Shown here in pieces: positions 18,899-25,766 of a DNA stretch of 64,000 bases (the stretch's first letter is position 1; each line of letters begins with the position of its first letter). Made by a program: the position numbers and the translations under genes. The DNA is from Acidimicrobiaceae bacterium (lineage in GTDB: Bacteria > Actinomycetota > Acidimicrobiia > Acidimicrobiales > Aldehydirespiratoraceae). The stretch spans positions 262,693 to 326,692 of the forward strand of contig VYFQ01000003.1 in the NCBI GenBank assembly GCA_009842325.1, in the 5' to 3' direction. Below the pieces are notes generated by a model. That model did not search any database, was not told the DNA's origin, and saw only the letters and a program-made list of their open reading frames with translations.

Positions 18899-19855
18899 AT
18901 GGTGAACGTGGCGATGGTCGGCGTGGGCTTCTTCGGGAACAAGCACCTGGACGGGCTGGCGTCGATACCGGACGCCGACGTGGTCGCCGTCGTGGACCCG
19001 GTGGAGGCCGCAGCCCGCACGGCCGCCGACGCCCACGGCATCCAGCGGGTCGAGACCAGCATCGACGCGGTGCTGGCCGACGACGGCGTCGACGCGGTGA
19101 TCCTGGCGACGCCCACACCCGTGCACGCGGAGCAGGCCATCGCCTGCCTGGAGGCCGGCAAGCACGTCGAGGTCGAGATCCCGCTGTGCGAACGATTGGA
19201 GGACGGGCGCGCCGTCGTCGAGGCCCAGCAGCGCTCGGGCAAGGTGGCCGCGTGCGGGCACACCCGCCGGTTCAACCCGAGCCACCAGTGGGTGCGCAAC
19301 CGCATCCAGGCCGGTGAGTTCTCGATCCAGCACATGGACGTGCAGACGCTGTTCTTCCGCCGCACCAACACCAACGCGCTGGGCGAGCCCCGCAGCTGGA
19401 CCGACCACCTGCTATGGCACCACGCCGCCCACACTGTCGACCTGTTCCAGTACCAGGCCGGCAGCCCCGTCGTCGCGGCTCAGGCGCTTCGGGGGCCGAT
19501 CCACCCAGAGCTGGGGATCGCCATGGACATGTCGATCCAGCTTCGCACCAAGGCCGGCCAGCTGTGCACGCTGGCGCTGTCGTTCAACAACGACGGGCCT
19601 TTCGGCACCTTCTTCCGCTACATCGGCGACACCGGGACCTACATCGCCCGGTACGACGATCTCGTCACCGGCAACGACGAGCCCATCGACGTGTCCGGCG
19701 TCGATGTCTCGATGAACGGCATCGAACTCCAGGACCGCGACTTCATCGCGGCCATCGTCGAGGGCCGCGAGCCGGTCGCCAGCGTCGCATCGGTGCTGCC
19801 CTGCTACGAAGTGCTCCAGCAGATCGAGCAAAGCCTCGGCGACCTCACCGCCTGA
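18899..19855 (+). CDS. ligC: Gfo/Idh/MocA oxidoreductase, LigC-like 4-carboxy-2-hydroxymuconate-6-semialdehyde dehydrogenase
   Basis: GFFGNKHLDGL, AVILATPTPVHAEQAIACLEAGKHVEVEIPL, GHTRRFNPSHQWV and EPRSWTDHLLWHHAAHTVDLFQYQAG closely follow Sphingobium LigC as I recall it. It is divergent from pobA. Confidence 0.75.
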   Translation: MVNVAMVGVGFFGNKHLDGLASIPDADVVAVVDPVEAAARTAADAHGIQRVETSIDAVLADDGVDAVILATPTPVHAEQAIACLEAGKHVEVEIPLCERLEDGRAVVEAQQRSGKVAACGHTRRFNPSHQWVRNRIQAGEFSIQHMDVQTLFFRRTNTNALGEPRSWTDHLLWHHAAHTVDLFQYQAGSPVVAAQALRGPIHPELGIAMDMSIQLRTKAGQLCTLALSFNNDGPFGTFFRYIGDTGTYIARYDDLVTGNDEPIDVSGVDVSMNGIELQDRDFIAAIVEGREPVASVASVLPCYEVLQQIEQSLGDLTA

Positions 19856-19985
19856 CACGGCGACGGAGCACCGGGCCTCCCCTCGCCGGACCTACGTACA
19901 CACACCGCTTCCGCTCAAGCGTGCGTTCCTGCAGGCAGTAAACATCTGCTTGACCGTATAACTGGATGTATGGCAGTATTGAAAT

Positions 19986-21182
19986 GTGCGTGCGGAAGAT
20001 GGTCGAGAGGGGCACCTCTTGAGTTCGCGGTCGGCCGCTGCGATCCGGGTCAGCGATTCCAGCAGGGTGCCGCTGGCGACCCAGATCGCCCGGCAGTTCA
20101 TGTGGCAGGTGGCGTCGGGCCGGATCGCCGCCGGCAGCCTCCTGCCCCCGATCTCCGAGCTCGCCGACGACCTGAGCGTCAGCGTCCACACGGTCCGAGC
20201 CGCCTACCGGCAACTCGCCGATGACGGCATCGTGTCGATCAGCCGCGGTTCCCGAACCAGCGTGCTCGGATACGACCGAGCTCGCGCCTTGATCCGCAAT
20301 GACTCTCACCCGAGCTACAGCATCGGAGTAATGGTCCCCGCCTTCACCGACTACTACGCCGACTTCCTCCAAGCCCTGAGCCTGGAGGCCGAACTCGAGG
20401 GATGGCTCCCGATCATCTGCCAGACCCAGCACTACGACGCCAGGGTCACATCTCGGCATCTCGACCAACTCTTCAGCCGCAACGTCGACGGCGTGATCCT
20501 GATCCACTTCACCGCAGCCGGCGATGAGGCAGTGGTGGACGTGGTCGAGTCTTCCTCTGCGCTGCGGCCGTTCGTGTTCGTCGACAGCGCCAACGTCGGA
20601 ATGGGGTGGCACATCCTGGCCGATCGCGCCACCGACGGCTTCGAAGTGACAATGCATTTGATCGAGCACGGCCACCGCCGGATCGCCCACATAGCATCGC
20701 CGACGGACTCGAGTTCGAACCTCCTCAGCACCGGCTACGCCCGGGCATTGGCTGCCGCGAGCCTTCCGGCCGATCCCGAACTGGTCGCCAATGTTGTCCA
20801 CTTCTCGTTGGAAGCGGGGGCGAAGGCGGCGACCCATCTGCTGCTCCAGGACGATCCCCCCACCGCCATCTTCTGCGCCGGGGACATCCTGGCGCTGGGC
20901 GCCATCTCCGCGTCGCATGAGCGCGGCCTTCGCGTCCCGCGCGATGTCGCCGTGGTGGGCTACGGCGAAATCCCGTTCGCCCGCCTAGCGGCGCCGCCAC
21001 TCTCAACCGTGCGCTTGCCGGCCGACAGACTCGGCCACGAAGCGATCCGCACATTGCGCCAGGCGATCCACGACGGAGCGCCGCAAGCCCCGGTGACAGT
21101 CGCCACCGAACCCGTCTTCCGGGAGTCCTGCAACTGTGCGACCCGTCCGGACGGGCGATCCGACGCGATCTCGACAAAGTGA
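19986..21182 (+). CDS. AraR-subfamily regulator (GntR winged-helix N-domain plus LacI/PBP1 sugar-binding C-domain)
   Basis: The N-terminus PLATQIARQFMWQVASGRIAAGSLLPPISELADDLSVSVHTVRAAYRQL is a GntR HTH. The C-terminus SIGVMVPAFTDYY...FCAGDILALGAISASHERGLRVPRDVAVVGYGEIP is the LacI-type effector domain. The start is uncertain; TTG at 20019 is an alternative. Confidence 0.75.
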   Translation: MRAEDGREGHLLSSRSAAAIRVSDSSRVPLATQIARQFMWQVASGRIAAGSLLPPISELADDLSVSVHTVRAAYRQLADDGIVSISRGSRTSVLGYDRARALIRNDSHPSYSIGVMVPAFTDYYADFLQALSLEAELEGWLPIICQTQHYDARVTSRHLDQLFSRNVDGVILIHFTAAGDEAVVDVVESSSALRPFVFVDSANVGMGWHILADRATDGFEVTMHLIEHGHRRIAHIASPTDSSSNLLSTGYARALAAASLPADPELVANVVHFSLEAGAKAATHLLLQDDPPTAIFCAGDILALGAISASHERGLRVPRDVAVVGYGEIPFARLAAPPLSTVRLPADRLGHEAIRTLRQAIHDGAPQAPVTVATEPVFRESCNCATRPDGRSDAISTK

Positions 21183-21205
21183 TCGAGCAACAAAGGGGGA
21201 AACCA

Positions 21206-22336
21206 ATGAGACGTGCGAAGCACTGGAGCACCGGCCTGGCACTGCTATTGGCAGTGGCTCTGGTGGCAGCCGCCTGCGGCGACGACGAAGACGCCGCGGC
21301 ACCCGAGCCGGCGGCCACGACCGAGCCGGCGGCTGAGGCCCCGGCGGATCCCGAACCAGAACCGGCACCGGAGCCAGAACCGGCACCCGAACCCGAGCCT
21401 GAACCAGAACCGGCACCCGAACCCGAGCCTGCGCCGGAGCCGGTCTCGGTGTCGCTGCGGCTTCCGTGGTTCCCGAACACACAGTTCAGCGGCTCGTTCG
21501 TGGCCGCCGCGAAGGGCTACTTCGCCGAGGAGGGCCTCGACGTGACGATCAACCCAGGGGGATTCGACGTGAACAGCATCACGCTGGTGGCGGCCGGCTC
21601 CGACACCTTCGGTCTCCACGACACGGGCTCGCTGCTGTTCGCGGCGGCTGAGGACATCCCGCTGATAACCGTGGCCACCTACTTCCACAAGCATCCGGGG
21701 GCCGTCATGGCCCTCGAAGAGTCCGGAATCGAGACCCTTGAGGACTTCGTGGGCAAGCGGATCGGATTCGCCGAGGGCGGGCCGTGGCAATTGACCCAGG
21801 CCATGCTGGCTAAGAACGGCATCGACGTCGATGATCTCGAGCAGGTGGCGATCGGCTTCGACCTGGCGCCGATACTCGACGGCTCAGTCGACCTGAAGAC
21901 GGTGTTCGCGACCAACGAGCCCATCCTCGCCGAGCTGCAGGGCTTCCCGGCGAGAGTCTTCGTTCCCTACGACTACGGGGTAGAGACTTCCGCCAACGCG
22001 CTGTTCACCACCCAGGACTACTTCGAGGACAACCCCGAGGTGGTCTGCGGGATGGTCCGGGCGATCTCTCGGGGGTGGGAGTTCGCCTTCGAGAACCCCG
22101 AAGAGGCGCTGGATATCGTCATCGCAATCGATCCCGAGAACCTCGACCGGGAGAAGGAGGCCCTCAGCCTCGAAGCCATCAAGGATGCCGTGCTCACGCC
22201 CGACGCGGTCGCCGACGGCATCGGCTCGATGAAGCACAGCCGCTGGGAGACGGTAGACGACGTCATGCGCACCTACGGAGGCCTGGACGTCGACGTGGAC
22301 CTCAATTCGGTCTACTCGTCCATGTGCTACTCGTAG
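21206..22336 (+). CDS. ABC transporter substrate-binding lipoprotein, NMT1/THI5 (ThiY)-like
   Basis: ATG at 21206 after a GGGGGA RBS. Signal peptide with lipobox LVAAAC, then a (PE/PA)n linker. The mature domain LRLPWFPNTQFSGSFVAAAKGYFAEEGLDV is typical of NitT/TauT-family ThiY-like binding proteins. Confidence 0.8.
   Translation: MRRAKHWSTGLALLLAVALVAAACGDDEDAAAPEPAATTEPAAEAPADPEPEPAPEPEPAPEPEPEPEPAPEPEPAPEPVSVSLRLPWFPNTQFSGSFVAAAKGYFAEEGLDVTINPGGFDVNSITLVAAGSDTFGLHDTGSLLFAAAEDIPLITVATYFHKHPGAVMALEESGIETLEDFVGKRIGFAEGGPWQLTQAMLAKNGIDVDDLEQVAIGFDLAPILDGSVDLKTVFATNEPILAELQGFPARVFVPYDYGVETSANALFTTQDYFEDNPEVVCGMVRAISRGWEFAFENPEEALDIVIAIDPENLDREKEALSLEAIKDAVLTPDAVADGIGSMKHSRWETVDDVMRTYGGLDVDVDLNSVYSSMCYS
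21350..21442 (+). repeat. in-frame PEPEPAPEP-coding tandem repeat (30-nt period)
   Basis: The exact 27-nt copy CCAGAACCGGCACCCGAACCCGAGCCT occurs at 21374-21400 and 21404-21430. It encodes the Pro/Glu linker of the lipoprotein. Confidence 0.85.
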
Positions 22337-22418
22337 CGAATGGTGCCGTGAACGGCGCTGGATAGTGAATGGCGTCGGGGCAGCCCCTCGGCATAGCCTC
22401 GACGACGAAAGGAGCGCT

Positions 22419-23198
22419 TTGACAATCTTCGACAAGAGCGCGTCCACCCAGGACATCCTGCAGTACCACGTTCGGGTGCGGCCCGGCGATGTCGCCGACT
22501 ACGTGCTCCTTCCCGGCGACCCCGCTCGGGTGGGGCTGATCGCGGAGCATCTGGACGAGCCGCGGGAGGTGGCCTGCCACCGCGAGTACCGGACGGTCAC
22601 CGGGTCGTTCCGGGGCATCGCGGTGAGCGCCACCTCTACAGGAATCGGCTGTCCCTCTGCGGCCATCGCTGTGGAGGAGCTCTGCAACGTGGGCGCCTCG
22701 CACTTCATCCGGGTCGGCAGCAGCGCCGCCTTCGTCGAGGGCATACGCGCCGGCGACATCCTCATCAACACCGCCGCGATGCGCCTCGATGGGACCAGCG
22801 CCACCTACGTGGACGAAGGGTTTCCCGCCGTCGCCGACCACTTCCTCGTGCGGGCGTTGATCGACGCGGCCGCGGATCTCGCTCCCAAGCGGGGGTTCGC
22901 CAGCCATATCGGTCTCAACGTGACGAGCGACGCCTTCTACGCCGAGAGCCCCGAGTGGGTGGAGCGGATGATCGAGCAGCGGATCATGAACGTCGAGATG
23001 GAGTCGGCGGCGATCTTCACGATCGCGCACCTGCGCCAGGTCAAGGCCGCCATGGTGTGTGCGGTGTCCTACAACTTCACCGCACCCGCTGAGATCGACT
23101 ACGAGGGCGTGAACGAACCCCTCGTGGCCGGCTGGCACAACGCCATCGATGTAGCGCTCGAGGGCATCTGGCGGTACGAGGCGACCAAGAGCACGTGA
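22419..23198 (+). CDS. nucleoside phosphorylase (PNP/UDP_1 family, uridine-phosphorylase-like)
   Basis: DYVLLPGDPARV, STGIGCPSAAIAVEEL, IRVGSSAA and the NVEMESAAIF motifs. I prefer TTG at 22419 (AAAGGAG 4 nt upstream) to the ORF-track GTG at 22365. The stop overlaps the ATPase start (GTGA). Confidence 0.75.
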   Translation: MTIFDKSASTQDILQYHVRVRPGDVADYVLLPGDPARVGLIAEHLDEPREVACHREYRTVTGSFRGIAVSATSTGIGCPSAAIAVEELCNVGASHFIRVGSSAAFVEGIRAGDILINTAAMRLDGTSATYVDEGFPAVADHFLVRALIDAAADLAPKRGFASHIGLNVTSDAFYAESPEWVERMIEQRIMNVEMESAAIFTIAHLRQVKAAMVCAVSYNFTAPAEIDYEGVNEPLVAGWHNAIDVALEGIWRYEATKST

Positions 23199-24025
23199 AC
23201 GAGCCGGACCGGGCTGGAGGACCCACCGGGATTGTCATCGACGGCATCACCATGCGCTTCGGCGGCCGCGATGCGGTCACCGCGCTTCGGGACGTCAGCC
23301 TGGAGATCGCCGGCGGCGAGTTCGTCGCCATCGTGGGCCCCTCCGGCTGCGGCAAGTCGACGCTGCTGCGGATAATCGCCGGCCTGCAGCAGCCCACCGA
23401 CGGGTCGGTGACCGTACGGGGGAAGACTCCGGCCCAAGCCCGGCGCGACGTGGAGTTCGGCTTCGTCTTCCAGAGCCCCGTGCTGTTCCCCTGGCTGCGT
23501 GTGCTCGGCAACGTGATGCTGCCCGACCGCATCCTCGGCAAACGCAACCCGTTGGCAGTCGACGACCCGCAGGCGCACGCCCGGGGCCTCCTCCGGGAGG
23601 TGGGACTAGAGGGCTTCGAGGAGTACTACCCCGAGCACATCTCCGGCGGGATGCAGCAGCGCGTGGCCCTCGCCCGGGCCCTCAGCTACGGCCCGTCGAC
23701 GCTGCTCATGGACGAGCCGTTCGGCGCGCTGGACGAGTTCACCAGGGACAACCTCAACATCCAGCTCCTGGAGGTGTGGCAGCAGACCGGTCCCACTGTG
23801 CTGTTCGTGACCCATAGCCTCTCCGAGGCCATATTCCTGTCCGACCGGGTGGTGGTCCTCAGCCCCCGCCCCGGCAGCGTGATCAGGATCGCGGACGTGC
23901 CGTTCGAACGGCCGCGGCAGCTCTCCATCCGCTACCGGCCCGACTTTGCCGCCTTGAACGGCGAGTTGCGCGAGCTGTTGCAGATCGACTCCGCCACTGA
24001 CGGCAACGGCAGTGAGCGGCCATGA
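23195..24025 (+). CDS. ABC transporter ATP-binding protein (NitT/TauT family)
   Basis: Walker A GPSGCGKST, signature ISGGMQQRVALARAL, and Walker B LLMDEPFGALD. Confidence 0.9.
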   Translation: MNEPDRAGGPTGIVIDGITMRFGGRDAVTALRDVSLEIAGGEFVAIVGPSGCGKSTLLRIIAGLQQPTDGSVTVRGKTPAQARRDVEFGFVFQSPVLFPWLRVLGNVMLPDRILGKRNPLAVDDPQAHARGLLREVGLEGFEEYYPEHISGGMQQRVALARALSYGPSTLLMDEPFGALDEFTRDNLNIQLLEVWQQTGPTVLFVTHSLSEAIFLSDRVVVLSPRPGSVIRIADVPFERPRQLSIRYRPDFAALNGELRELLQIDSATDGNGSERP

Positions 24026-24804
24026 CGGACACTGGCCGGCGCTCGAAATGGCGGACTTACGTGCCGTCTGCGCTGCTGTTCCTCGCCGCGCTGGGAATCT
24101 GGGAACTCTGGGTGGTGGTACGCGACGTCCCCACCTATCTGCTGCCGAGGGTCTCGGAGATCGGTGCCGAGTTGGGCGAGCACGGCTGGTCGCTGTTCGG
24201 CCACCTGCGCTGGACGATGCTCGAGGCGGTCCTGGGCTTCGCGGTGGGGAGCACAGCGGCCTTCGTAGCCGCCGTGATCTTCGTGCACATGCGATCGGTC
24301 GAGGGCGCCCTGTTCCCCTGGGCCATCGTGCTGCAGACGATCCCGATCGTGGCCATCGCGCCGCTGCTGACCATCTGGTTCGGCTTCACGCTCGTGCCCA
24401 AGGTGGTGATCGCAGCGATCATTTGCTTCTTCCCGGTCCTGGTCAACACCACACGCGGCCTGAGATCCATCAGTGGGCAGGCCCTGGAGTTGATGAGCGT
24501 GCTGTCGGCCCGAAAGACGGCCGTGTTCTGGCACCTGAGAGTGCCGAGTTCGCTGCCGTACATCTTCGCGGGGCTGCGCATCGCCTCCACGCTGGCGGTC
24601 ATCGGCGCCATCGTGGCGGAGTTCACCGGATCGGATCGCGGGATCGGGTTCGTAATCATCCAGGCCAGCTACCGGCTCGACACCAAGCGCCTCTTCGCCG
24701 GGTTGGTGCTCTCGTCGGCCGGCGGGATCGTGTTCTTCAACCTCATCGGCCTGCTTGAGCGGCTCACGGTCCGCTGGCCGGGAGGACGCCTGCAGGAGTC
24801 CTGA
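24022..24804 (+). CDS. ABC transporter permease (NitT/TauT family)
   Basis: Six-helix hydrophobic profile. 4-nt overlap with the ATPase gene. EAA-like loop LELMSVLSARKTAVFWHLRVPSSLPYIF. Confidence 0.85.
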   Translation: MTDTGRRSKWRTYVPSALLFLAALGIWELWVVVRDVPTYLLPRVSEIGAELGEHGWSLFGHLRWTMLEAVLGFAVGSTAAFVAAVIFVHMRSVEGALFPWAIVLQTIPIVAIAPLLTIWFGFTLVPKVVIAAIICFFPVLVNTTRGLRSISGQALELMSVLSARKTAVFWHLRVPSSLPYIFAGLRIASTLAVIGAIVAEFTGSDRGIGFVIIQASYRLDTKRLFAGLVLSSAGGIVFFNLIGLLERLTVRWPGGRLQES

Positions 24805-24843
24805 CCTCAGTGTCGGTGCGGTATACGAGCGTGCGCGCGGCTC

Positions 24844-24849
24844 TAGACT
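24844..24849 (+). promoter_or_regulatory. -10 hexamer TAGACT positioned for a leaderless transcript starting at the ATG at 24856
   Basis: The hexamer ends 6 nt before the A of the ATG, so the predicted +1 coincides with the start codon. There is no SD sequence in between. Confidence 0.35.
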
Positions 24850-24855
24850 GCAACC

Positions 24856-25143
24856 ATGTCGCGCGACCGGATTGAGCGGCGTTTACGGGGGGTTGGACAG
24901 CAGTTGAACGCGCTGCGGACCGACCTTCGCGTTTGCGAGGAGCAACTGGTCCAGGTCAGCGAGGAGGCCGACGAGTGCCGGCTGCGGGCCCTGGTGTCGG
25001 AGACGCCGCTGGCCGAGCGCGAGTACCGCGAGGCGCAGCGCCACGCCGACCGGCTGCAGCGGCACCGCGACGAGATCGCAGCCCGCATCGTCCGCCTCGA
25101 GGCCGACCAGGACGCCTTGCTGGATCGGTTCACCGCGTTGTGA
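24856..25143 (+). CDS. small coiled-coil protein of unknown function, translationally coupled to pdtaR
   Basis: 95 aa, rich in heptad-like charged/Leu residues (RLRGVGQQLNALRTDL..., RHRDEIAARIVRLEADQDALLDRF). Its TGA overlaps the pdtaR GTG (GTGA at 25140-25143). Confidence 0.55.
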   Translation: MSRDRIERRLRGVGQQLNALRTDLRVCEEQLVQVSEEADECRLRALVSETPLAEREYREAQRHADRLQRHRDEIAARIVRLEADQDALLDRFTAL

Positions 25144-25727
25144 ACGCCGCCGGCGCGGTTCGGGTGGTGGTGGCGGAGGACGAGGCCATCATCCGGCTCG
25201 ACCTGGTGGAGACTCTGCGCGAGCAGGGCTTCGACGTCGTGGCCGACACCGGCCGGGGCGACGAGGCGGTGAGGCTGGTGGCCGAGCACCGTCCCGATGT
25301 GGCCATCCTCGACGTGAAGATGCCCGGCCTCGACGGCATCGAGGTCGCCCAGCAGATCGCTCCGCAGCGGGGCACCGCGGTGGTGATCCTCACCGCGTTC
25401 AGCCAGCGTGAGCTGGTGGAGCAGGCCCGCGAGGCCGGGGCCATGACCTACCTGATCAAGCCCTACCGGCGCGACGCCCTGGTGCCCGCGGTGGAGCTGG
25501 CCCTGGCTCGCTACCGGGAGATGGAGGCGCTCGAGGGCCAGATCGGCGATCTCGAGGACCGCCTGGAAGTGCGCAAGATCGTGGACCGGGCCAAGGGACG
25601 GCTCCTCGACGATCATCAGATGAGCGAGCAGGACGCCTACGCGTTCCTCCAGCGCACAGCCATGTCGCAGCGCCGCACCATGCGCGACGTGGCCGGCGAC
25701 GTGCTGGAGGGCCGGATCACCCCCTGA
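25140..25727 (+). CDS. pdtaR: ANTAR-domain response regulator (PdtaR-like)
   Basis: Receiver domain VVVAEDEAIIRLDL...DVAILDVKMPGLDGIEV plus the ANTAR domain LEDRLEVRKIVDRAKGRLLDDHQMSEQDAYAFLQRTAMSQRRTMRDVA. GTG start at 25140. It sits upstream of polA, as in mycobacteria. Confidence 0.85.
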   Translation: MNAAGAVRVVVAEDEAIIRLDLVETLREQGFDVVADTGRGDEAVRLVAEHRPDVAILDVKMPGLDGIEVAQQIAPQRGTAVVILTAFSQRELVEQAREAGAMTYLIKPYRRDALVPAVELALARYREMEALEGQIGDLEDRLEVRKIVDRAKGRLLDDHQMSEQDAYAFLQRTAMSQRRTMRDVAGDVLEGRITP

Positions 25728-25766
25728 CCCTCCTGCAAGCGAGTCGGTTGCCGTAGATTTCTCGTC

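Noticed and set aside
19886-19905. AraR-box-like CTACGTACAC, and GTATAAC / GTAT repeats at 19950-19980, upstream of the AraR-type regulator.
   Set aside because: Only a 6-bp TACGTA core palindrome is present, and the flanks do not match. This is too weak to call an operator without comparative or binding data.
21100-21205. TPP (THI-box) riboswitch in front of the ThiY/NMT1-like binding-protein gene.
   Set aside because: The upstream regulator gene runs to 21182, leaving only about 23 nt before the ATG at 21206. That leaves no room for an aptamer, and no THI-box CUGAGA core was seen.
17448-24804. Classical tRNA-targeted genomic island (integrative element) downstream of tRNA-Leu.
   Set aside because: There is no integrase, recombinase or transposase. 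Scanning by eye, I found no direct repeat of the tRNA 3' end near 24.8 kb. I keep it only as a weak insertion hypothesis (see the 17448-19855 finding).
24811-24849. RecA-independent DNA-damage promoter motif (TGTCGGTG-N8-TANNNT) upstream of the pdtaR-associated ORF.
   Set aside because: TGTCGGTG is present at 24811-24818, but the nearest TANNNT hexamers are 3 nt (TATACG) or 25 nt (TAGACT) away, not 8 nt.
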